Assembly: GCA_015069185.1 (NCBI GenBank) | Contig: SVJB01000002.1 | Coordinates: 797-64,796, forward strand | From: Oscillospiraceae bacterium | GTDB taxonomy: Bacteria; Bacillota; Clostridia; UBA1212; UBA1255 | Length of the DNA stretch: 64,000 nt | Direction: 5' to 3' | Shown here: positions 1-6,780 of the stretch, piece by piece | Position numbering within the stretch: position 1 is the stretch's first letter | Layout: every line of letters begins with the position of its first letter | Translations under genes and position numbers: made by a program | Notes under the pieces: model-generated | Told to the model about the DNA's origin: nothing | Database searches by the model: none | What the model saw: only the letters and a program-made list of their open reading frames with translations

Positions 1-123
1 AAGTTATTTTATTACCGCGGCCTCAAAGAGTGGGATCACGAAAAAGGCTTCCTCATGGATACATGCCTTAATGCGCAAGATCGTTTTAAGGCGTGTTTGG
101 ATTACTTTAGAATTGTGTATTGA
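1..123 (+). CDS. 3' end of a CDS cut by the window edge; function unknown
   Basis: Frame 1 is open from nt 1 to TGA 121-123 (KLFYYRGLKEWDHEKGFLMDTCLNAQDRFKACLDYFRIVY*). Composition is protein-like and no family is recognised. Preferred over the antisense 66-aa ORF 4..204. Confidence 0.3.
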   Translation, partial: KLFYYRGLKEWDHEKGFLMDTCLNAQDRFKACLDYFRIVY

Positions 124-148
124 CTCAAAACTGATGCCGTAAAAACAA

Positions 149-215
149 TTGAGGAATAATATGATGGAAATAATTTGTGAAAATCCGTTGCTATTATTCC
201 TCAAAATGGTATAAT
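149..215 (+). promoter_or_regulatory. Candidate promoter/operator of the HTH-Fic gene
   Basis: Perfect 13-bp inverted repeat TTGAGGAATAATA (149-161) / TATTATTCCTCAA (192-204). -35-like TTGCTA (188-193) and extended -10 TGgTATAAT (207-215). The right arm overlaps the -35 and spacer. Confidence 0.4.
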
Positions 216-252
216 GGTAATAAATATCAGATTTTAACGGAGGAAATTCATT

Positions 253-1158
253 ATGGATTATATAAAAGTAGCAGAAGCAGCGGCAAAATGGGGCATTTCC
301 CCTCGGCGTGTGCGTGTCTTGTGTGCGGAAGGTAAGATCCCCGGTATGGTACGCCGTGGGAAACTATATATGATTCCTGCGAGTGCTGAGAAGCCTGCTG
401 ACGGGCGTACCAATCGTGCTACACTCCTGACCATCATTGACGGCAAAAAGGAACAACTCCAAAAGATGCGTCCTCTTACTGAGGGAGAGGTAGAACGCCT
501 TCGTGAAGAATTTATGGTGGAGTTTACTTACAACTCCAACGCTATTGAAGGCAATACCCTTACTCTCAAGGAAACTGCAATGGTTTTAGAGGGCATGACC
601 ATCGACCAAAAGCCAATGAAGGATCACCTTGAAGCCGTGGGACACCGTGATGCTTTTATGTATGTGCAGGATATTGCGACTAAGGAGATTGATCTGACAG
701 AGAGCGTTATTAAAAATATCCATTCCCTCGTTTTGATAAACAAACCGCAGGATAAAGGTGTTTACCGTGCCATTCCCGTGCGTATTATGGGAGCTTATAC
801 CGAGCCTGTTCAGCCGTATTTGATCGAGCCTAAAATGACGGAGCTCCTCGCAGCAAATAAAGAACGAGAACAGACAATGCACATCATCGAACGCATTGCA
901 CGCTTTCATCTTGAATTTGAGGGGATCCATCCCTTTATTGACGGGAACGGCAGAACCGGCAGACTGATACTCAATCTTGATTTGATCCGCAATGGTTATC
1001 CCTCCATCAATGTGAAATTCAGCGACCGCAAGCGTTATTACGATGCTTTTGATGCTTATTACCGTGACGGCAACGCTGATGCAATGATCGAGTTAATCGG
1101 TGAGTACGTGGATGAACGACTGGATGAGTATTTTAGAATTTTGGAAATTTCCAAATGA
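253..1158 (+). CDS. Fic-family protein (probable AMPylase) with an N-terminal excisionase/MerR-like HTH
   Basis: Canonical Fic motif HPFIDGNGRTGR. Internal inhibitory-helix motif SNAIEG ([ST]xxxE[GN]). N-terminus IKVAEAAAKWGISPRRVRVLCAEGKIPG resembles an HTH_17-type DNA-binding domain. RBS GGAGG lies upstream of the ATG. Confidence 0.85.
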   Translation: MDYIKVAEAAAKWGISPRRVRVLCAEGKIPGMVRRGKLYMIPASAEKPADGRTNRATLLTIIDGKKEQLQKMRPLTEGEVERLREEFMVEFTYNSNAIEGNTLTLKETAMVLEGMTIDQKPMKDHLEAVGHRDAFMYVQDIATKEIDLTESVIKNIHSLVLINKPQDKGVYRAIPVRIMGAYTEPVQPYLIEPKMTELLAANKEREQTMHIIERIARFHLEFEGIHPFIDGNGRTGRLILNLDLIRNGYPSINVKFSDRKRYYDAFDAYYRDGNADAMIELIGEYVDERLDEYFRILEISK

Positions 1159-1342
1159 TTGACTTAGCTAGTCCTATGCGTAAACATCATAGCTACTAAT
1201 TCGATACCAGAAACAATCATCGCCATAAAAACTATTTATTGTTTTAGTATTAATCTCATTTTTAATAACATATTGCATATACTATTTTTAATTAGGTTGC
1301 AACGGTTAGTTAAAAAAGTTTACAAATCAGTTTACTAAACGG

Positions 1343-1371
1343 TTGACAGAATTCAAAAAATAGGTAATAAT
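1343..1371 (+). promoter_or_regulatory. Candidate sigmaA-type promoter for the second Fic-like gene
   Basis: TTGACA (1343-1348), 17-nt spacer, AATAAT (1366-1371), within an AT-rich intergenic region. Direct repeats AGTTTAC x2 and ACGGTT x2 lie just upstream. Confidence 0.3.
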
Positions 1372-1401
1372 TAATTACAATACAATCAAGGAGGTTACAA
1401 T

Positions 1402-2643
1402 ATGGATAAGCAACAAGTGGCTAACCTAATAGTTGATGAGAAATATTATCCAATAAATGATTTAAGATATAATCAAAAAGTTGGAATAATGTTCTCCAAA
1501 AATGAGTTTGAAAAATTCTTGGCAACCAAAGATGAGCTTGTTGATGAACGTTTTGAACCCATGAAGTCTCTTCCGTTGAAAACATTTAATTCCAAACATT
1601 GCTTCTATGTTAATGGATTGTATTTATTACAAACGCAAATTGAGTATAGAAGGATTCTTGTTTCCGACTATGAATTGAATCAAAGTTGGCTATTTGATAG
1701 AAATCTTGATGATGTGTTAATTTCTAGGCTATTCTCAGAGGTGGAAGGTACACTAAATATCGAAAATGTTCCAACTACTCATCGCCGCATAGTTGAAATA
1801 AATAAAAACGACAATTTAACGGAGCAAAACGATATTATAGTAAAAAACATGTTAAATGCAATGAAATTCATTGTTGAGAATAAGCCGGCATTTAATAAGG
1901 ACAATTTGCACATACTGTATAACATTTTGAGCAAAAATTGTTTACCTGACGAGCTGAAAATAAAAGAAGGTAATTATTATCGTGACGATAATGTTTATAT
2001 TGGTGCATTTGAAGGAGCAGATTGGCATATTGTTGATGAATGTATGGATTCCTTGTTTGCGTTTGCAAATGATCCCCAAAACATTAAAGAACATGATGAT
2101 TTGTTGCCTTATATATGCCATTATTATATTTTGTATATCCATCCCTACTTCGACTATAACGGAAGAACAGCTCGAATGGTATCATTTTGGCTCAATTATA
2201 TTAATAAAATAACATTCGCTCCTTATTTTATGAGTGAGGCAATCAATGAAAGTAAGCATGATTATTATAGAGCAATTACGGATACCAGAAATACAAATAA
2301 CGATTTGACGTATTTTTTGGGATATATCCTCGAAACATCAATAAAGTATAGTTTTATATATAAGAACTTGGAAGAGATCAAAAATATGCTTTCAAAAACA
2401 GGAGATACGTTAACATCTTCGGAATGGGTATATGTAAAAAAGATTCTCGTCCATAATTCAGAAGATTATTTTAATTACAAGATGTTTCTGACGTATATCA
2501 ACGCAAATATGTCAAGGCAAGGTGCGTTAAAGATTTTAAACAATCTACACAGTTACGACATTCTTGAAAAAACGAAAAACAAAAAAGGCGATATAATATT
2601 TAAGTTTAATCAAGATTTTATAACGTACAAATACCATAAATAA
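1402..2643 (+). CDS. Divergent Fic-domain protein with a non-canonical active-site motif and a C-terminal wHTH-like tail
   Basis: Motif HPYFDYNGRTAR (nt 2140-2175) versus consensus HxFx(D/E)GNGRxxR (F->Y, G->Y). TLNIEN matches the inhibitory motif [ST]xxxE[GN]. The gene and its flanks are markedly more AT-rich than the neighbours. RBS AAGGAGG. Confidence 0.7.
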   Translation: MDKQQVANLIVDEKYYPINDLRYNQKVGIMFSKNEFEKFLATKDELVDERFEPMKSLPLKTFNSKHCFYVNGLYLLQTQIEYRRILVSDYELNQSWLFDRNLDDVLISRLFSEVEGTLNIENVPTTHRRIVEINKNDNLTEQNDIIVKNMLNAMKFIVENKPAFNKDNLHILYNILSKNCLPDELKIKEGNYYRDDNVYIGAFEGADWHIVDECMDSLFAFANDPQNIKEHDDLLPYICHYYILYIHPYFDYNGRTARMVSFWLNYINKITFAPYFMSEAINESKHDYYRAITDTRNTNNDLTYFLGYILETSIKYSFIYKNLEEIKNMLSKTGDTLTSSEWVYVKKILVHNSEDYFNYKMFLTYINANMSRQGALKILNNLHSYDILEKTKNKKGDIIFKFNQDFITYKYHK

Positions 2644-2651
2644 GCGTTTTT

Positions 2652-2687
2652 CGCCGAGGGTAGAAATAACTGCTCTCGGCGGTTTTA
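2652..2687 (+). terminator. Intrinsic terminator after the Fic-like gene
   Basis: Stem 2652-2662 pairs with 2671-2681 (CGCCGAGGGTA / TGCTCTCGGCG, with G-U pairs), followed by GTTTTATT. Confidence 0.7.
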
Positions 2688-2807
2688 TTATAGACCGATT
2701 CATAAATTTATGATATAATTGTTTTTAAAATATTCCAAAACCAATTAACCGACACCCTCTTGCTGACACTATATAAGTGAAAGCTTTCAAGACACAGGAG
2801 AACAACC

Positions 2808-4379
2808 ATGACCGATAAGAGAGCATCTGAATTGCTATCTGAAAATCTGACGGCAATTTACGGCTACGCTTTTTCTAAGCTCTATGATAAAGATAAAGTT
2901 GACGACCTTGCATCCGAAATCATTTATGAGATCATCGTTTCGGCTCGTAACTTGCAAAACGAGGAAGCATTTTGGGGCTTTGCTTGGAAGATCGCTGAAA
3001 ACACGTTCCGTCGCTTTATCCGTAAAAATGAGCTTTCCGCGAAAACCGTGGAACTTACAGAAGAAAACGTAGGCATGTACGACCTCTCTCCGGAGCAGGA
3101 ATACATAGAAAAGGAAACCGTAAGTGAGGAAATATATCTGCTTCGCCGTGAACTTTCTCTTTTAGAGAAAACACACCGTGAGGTCGGTGTTGCTTATTAC
3201 ATCGATAACAAAAGTTGTTCTCAAATCGCAAAAGAGCAAAACATTAGTGTGGAAATGGTAAAATACCATTTGTTTAAGACACGCAAATTATTGAGGGAAG
3301 GTATCGGTATGACGAGAACACTTGGAGAAAAAAGTTATAATCCCGGAACGTTCAGACTTGACTTTTGGGGAGATAAGAACAAATACTATGATCTTTTCAA
3401 CAGAAAATTACCCGGTTCCATTGTGCTTGCCACATATTATGAAGCTATGACAGCGGAGGCGCTTTCGATGGAACTCGGAGTTTCAATGCCTTATCTTGAA
3501 GAAGAAATTGAAATTTTGGAGGCTGCGGGCGTTCTGAAAAAGATCGGTGATAAGTATCAGACTAACATCGTTATCATAACAGATGCATATGAAAAGGAGT
3601 TTGTGAAAACCACCTCTGCTATTTACGCAACTGTTGCAAAGTCGGCATTTGAAAAGGTAACGAGTCTCTTGCCGCAGATCCGTGAGCTTGATTTTCACGG
3701 CAATGACTATGATGATAACCGTCTGATATTCGGTCTTTTGAATCTCGCGTTTGTCAAGGGTTATATTTTGGCAAGAAATAAATCTCCGCTTGGAAATCCA
3801 AATAAGCTCGCGCTTGGTTGCAATGGTTGGATATTTGGATATGATAACGATTATGCAAATCATCATTTCCACGGGGTAACGATGGAAACGTGGAATAAAA
3901 GCGGAACGGCATGGTATTCCGCAGAGAATTATAGGGTAATCAAACAGGCGCAGATGTATGACCACTATGATTTTCGTAACAAATCCGAGGCTTTGTGCGA
4001 TGCGATTCTTGGAAAGGACGCAAACAGAGAGAATCACACACTACCGTGGTTGATCGAAAACAAATTTATTCTGTGTGAAAACAATAGGTTATCAGCGAAC
4101 TTTATCGTTTTTGAGCATGATATCTTTGATAAAGTCACTTGCATCCTATCGGATATCATTGAAGAAGTGGCAAACTGCATGATTGATATATCTGATAAAG
4201 CTGAGAAGATACTTGCCAAGCACGCTCCTGCTTCTCTCAAAGAACAGTGCGGAGATATTGCAAAAATTCACCATCGCCTTGACGTTGCGGCTTTCTTGAT
4301 GGAGGAGCTCATCAAAGAAAACAAACTTATTGTTCCGAACGAGAAAATGCCACTCTGTATTTGGGGCGTCAAAGCCTAA
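2808..4379 (+). CDS. ECF-type sigma-70 family sigma factor fused to a C-terminal extension of about 350 aa
   Basis: Region-2-like DLASEIIYEI...FWGFAWKIAENTFRRFIRK. Region-4 HTH SCSQIAKEQNISVEMVKYHLFKTRKLLREGI. The remaining ~350 aa have no obvious TM segment and contain a second HTH-like stretch (MTAEALSMELGVSMPYLEEEIEILEAAGVLKK). Confidence 0.75.
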   Translation: MTDKRASELLSENLTAIYGYAFSKLYDKDKVDDLASEIIYEIIVSARNLQNEEAFWGFAWKIAENTFRRFIRKNELSAKTVELTEENVGMYDLSPEQEYIEKETVSEEIYLLRRELSLLEKTHREVGVAYYIDNKSCSQIAKEQNISVEMVKYHLFKTRKLLREGIGMTRTLGEKSYNPGTFRLDFWGDKNKYYDLFNRKLPGSIVLATYYEAMTAEALSMELGVSMPYLEEEIEILEAAGVLKKIGDKYQTNIVIITDAYEKEFVKTTSAIYATVAKSAFEKVTSLLPQIRELDFHGNDYDDNRLIFGLLNLAFVKGYILARNKSPLGNPNKLALGCNGWIFGYDNDYANHHFHGVTMETWNKSGTAWYSAENYRVIKQAQMYDHYDFRNKSEALCDAILGKDANRENHTLPWLIENKFILCENNRLSANFIVFEHDIFDKVTCILSDIIEEVANCMIDISDKAEKILAKHAPASLKEQCGDIAKIHHRLDVAAFLMEELIKENKLIVPNEKMPLCIWGVKA

Positions 4380-4385
4380 ATATTC

Positions 4386-4421
4386 ACTGCCGAGAGTAAC
4401 ATTTGGGTCGCTCTTGGCAGT
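4386..4421. terminator. Hairpin between the sigma gene and the ssrA 3' end (possible terminator)
   Basis: ACTGCCGAGAG (4386-4396) pairs with CTCTTGGCAGT (4411-4421), 11 bp with one G-U. No clear T-run follows. Confidence 0.4.
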
Positions 4422-4504
4422 ATCAGTTAATATGGATAATCAAAGTATAAAACAAATCCCAACAGTCCCGCCGTAACGAAACAGTTTGGATTTGCTTGTT
4501 TAAC

Positions 4505-4886
4505 TGGAGGCGAGGGGAGTCGAACCCCTGTCCGAAACCAATCATCCACAAATCTCTACGAGTGTAGTCTGCCTATTAAAATTCCCATAAGCTGCACCCG
4601 GCAAACGGGGATCTGCCTATAGTAGCTTCATAAAGACCAATTATCCGCAAAGCTTAAGATAATCTGTACCGAACGCTAACCTGTCTCGTTCGCGGGGCCG
4701 GCTCGATGACACCGATTGCCGCAAGCCCGGCTGACTTACGGGTCGACGCAGGCCGCGATTAGGCAGCCTGAAGAGCTAAGTTATTGTTAGCGTTTAAATT
4801 TAATTTTCTCGTTTTTATAGAGGCCAACGAGAATCCTCTACTCGCAATCTGTGTCCTCAGGGCCCCGTCGAAACCGGTGCGCCCCC
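4505..4886 (-). ncRNA. ssrA: tmRNA (ssrA)
   Basis: Minus-strand 5' end is GGGGGCGCACCGGTTTCGACGGGGCC (4886-4861). The 3' end is ...GGACAGGGGTTCGACTCCCCTCGCCTCCA (ends 4505), a tRNA-Ala-like acceptor/T-arm. Internal tag frame GCT AAC AAT AAC TTA GCT CTT CAG GCT GCC TAA (4791-4759) gives ANNNLALQAA*. It lies immediately downstream of smpB. Confidence 0.93.
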
Positions 4887-4903
4887 ATAACAGCATTTGT
4901 CAC

Positions 4904-5359
4904 TTACGCAAATGCACCTTTAAGTCTGCGATCAATCTCGCGATCGGACTCTTTCTTTGCCATCACGTCACGCTTATCGTAAAGCTTCTTACCTACGGCC
5001 ACCGCAACTGTCAGCTTTACTTTGTTGCCTAGAAAATAAATCTCAGTAGGCACTAGCGTCACACCCTTCTGTCTCACAGTATCATACAAACGAAGTATCT
5101 CGCGCTTGTGAAGAAGAAGCTTCCTGTCGCGCATTGCTTCCTTATTAAATATATTACCATGATCGTAAGGACTGATGTGCATGCTGCACACATACATCTC
5201 GCCGTCTCGTATCTCAGCGTAAGATTCCTTAAGATTCACCTTGCCGCCTCGTATGGACTTAACCTCAGTACCTGCCAGCACAATGCCGCATTCATACGTA
5301 TCTTCAATAAAGTACTCGTGGTAAGCCTTCTTGTTAGTAGCAATTATTCTTTTTTCCAT
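4904..5359 (-). CDS. smpB: SsrA-binding protein SmpB
   Basis: MEKRIIATNKKAYHEYFIEDTYECGIVLAGTEVKSIRGGKVNLKESY... is typical SmpB. Start moved to ATG 5359, preceded by GGGAGG. The ORF-track start at 5440 adds a hydrophobic non-homologous leader. Confidence 0.93.
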   Translation of the reverse strand: MEKRIIATNKKAYHEYFIEDTYECGIVLAGTEVKSIRGGKVNLKESYAEIRDGEMYVCSMHISPYDHGNIFNKEAMRDRKLLLHKREILRLYDTVRQKGVTLVPTEIYFLGNKVKLTVAVAVGKKLYDKRDVMAKKESDREIDRRLKGAFA

Positions 5360-5442
5360 CAGGCCTCCCACCTTTCTTTTTACGTGAAAATATGTCTTGC
5401 AGACAAATAAGATTATAACACATAAAATTTTAATTTCCACTC

Positions 5443-5485
5443 CGGGAAATATTTCCCGAAACTTTTATTTTCACAAAAGTTGTGA
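5443..5485. promoter_or_regulatory. Two palindromes in the divergent smpB / flavodoxin-ferredoxin intergenic region (candidate operators)
   Basis: Perfect 16-bp palindrome CGGGAAATATTTCCCG (5443-5458) and TCACAA-AAG-TTGTGA (5471-5485). Confidence 0.3.
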
Positions 5486-5539
5486 TATGCTAAATAATGT
5501 AAATTTTATACATAAAATTCCATAAAAGAAGGGTCTTAA

Positions 5540-6325
5540 ATGATATTTTACTTTTCTGCCACAGGTAATTCGAAATATGTAGCTAAGAAAATCGCAGCCG
5601 AAACATCTGATGTTGTTTATTCAATCACAGAAGTTATGCAAAGTGAGAAATACTCTTACTCAACTAAGCCGGGTGAACGCATCGGATTTGTGATACCGGT
5701 CTACTATTATGGTGTTCCTGCAATCGTTGAAGAATTTATCAAGAAAATGGAGATAACGGATAGATATAACAGCCAACATTATATTTTCACAGTACTTACT
5801 TGCGGTGGTTCTACCGGAAATGCAGGTAAGATGCTATCGAAGCTTCTGGATTCACGAAACATAGAGGTTACATCGCGTTTTTCTGTGAAAATGGTAGATA
5901 ACTATGTGATTTTATATGATCTTCCCAAAGAAGAGGAAATAAATGAAATAATGCTTCGCGCAGATGTTTCAATTAACAAAATTTGTAAGAAAATAAAAGC
6001 CGGTGTGGTAGGGGATTTTGATAAGATAAAAGGTGTGCTGCCCGGCATTGTGACGCCGATCATATATAGCGCATATAAGCATGGCCGCAAGACTGAGAAA
6101 TTCTATGTAGAGGATCATTGCAAATCCTGCGGCTTGTGCACTATTGCATGTCCGGAAAATGCAATTCGTATGACAGGTATAGGGCCCAGAATGCGTCCTG
6201 TCTGGGTTGCAGATAAATGTTCTCAATGTCTGGCTTGCTTACATAGATGCCCGGTTAGTGCCATTCAATATGGCAAGAAAACTTCAAAACACGGTCGCTT
6301 CTATAATAAGGAAGCAGAAAAATAA
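5540..6325 (+). CDS. Flavodoxin-like domain fused to a 2x[4Fe-4S] ferredoxin domain (EFR1-type)
   Basis: N-terminus MIFYFSATGNSKYVAKKIA is flavodoxin-like. C-terminus carries two Cys clusters, CKSCGLCTIACP and CSQCLACLHRCP. Confidence 0.8.
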   Translation: MIFYFSATGNSKYVAKKIAAETSDVVYSITEVMQSEKYSYSTKPGERIGFVIPVYYYGVPAIVEEFIKKMEITDRYNSQHYIFTVLTCGGSTGNAGKMLSKLLDSRNIEVTSRFSVKMVDNYVILYDLPKEEEINEIMLRADVSINKICKKIKAGVVGDFDKIKGVLPGIVTPIIYSAYKHGRKTEKFYVEDHCKSCGLCTIACPENAIRMTGIGPRMRPVWVADKCSQCLACLHRCPVSAIQYGKKTSKHGRFYNKEAEK

Positions 6326-6446
6326 AATTGCGTGGGTACAAAGCCCTTGTGCTTAGATTACATGCTTATTTTCCCGCTTGCCATTATTTTTTTAGGTGGT
6401 ATAATTAGATCTATCAGTAAATGATAGAATAATGCGGAGGTAAACC

Positions 6447-6779
6447 ATGGATAATATTCATGATAGTGGTAACGTAAAAGAAAATAAGAAAGTTATGACT
6501 GATGCAGATCTTCAGAAGAAATCTGTGAAAATGGTTGTACAACATCTTAAGAAAAAAATTGACCCGGATGCCGCTGGTATTGATAAAGTATGCGCATGGA
6601 TCAATCAGATGGAAATTCTTCTTGCTCAGGATGGATTTGACAGAGGCCTGTACTTAGATATGAAAAAGAAACTTTTTGAAGCTACAGAATGGGTTTTTGA
6701 TGTGGATTTGCGTCACAAATTGCGTAACTCATGGTATAGTTTCGGTAAGGCAATGGATAAAAAGGTGCCCAAGTACTAA
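6447..6779 (+). CDS. Hypothetical protein (110 aa), apparently coupled to nadD
   Basis: ORF with RBS GGAGG upstream. Its stop lies 1 nt before the nadD ATG. No family recognised. Confidence 0.5.
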   Translation: MDNIHDSGNVKENKKVMTDADLQKKSVKMVVQHLKKKIDPDAAGIDKVCAWINQMEILLAQDGFDRGLYLDMKKKLFEATEWVFDVDLRHKLRNSWYSFGKAMDKKVPKY

Positions 6780-6780
6780 T

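Noticed and set aside
4-204. 66-aa minus-strand ORF at the left edge
   Set aside because: It is antisense to a more protein-like + strand frame that runs in from the window edge (stop at 121-123). It also spans the inverted repeat and promoter of the Fic gene. It has a hydrophobic low-complexity translation and no SD.
3483-4037. 184-aa minus-strand ORF within the sigma-factor gene, and similar antisense ORFs (42303-42881, 42632-43030, 43018-43389, 28601-29068, 46553-46933)
   Set aside because: They are antisense to better-supported + strand genes with recognisable domains and show no independent signals.
4784-5032. 82-aa + strand ORF
   Set aside because: It overlaps the tmRNA 5' region and the 3' end of smpB on the opposite strand, so it is an artefact of the ORF caller.
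6676-6780. ORF-track N-terminal extensions of nadD (6676), fakA (34740), murC (50970), smpB (to 5440), def (57208) and ecfA1 (27386)
   Set aside because: The extensions overlap the preceding gene or a terminator hairpin and lack homology. In most cases the internal start coincides with the conserved protein N-terminus and follows a proper SD. The ecfA1 start at 27431 has no strong SD and remains uncertain.
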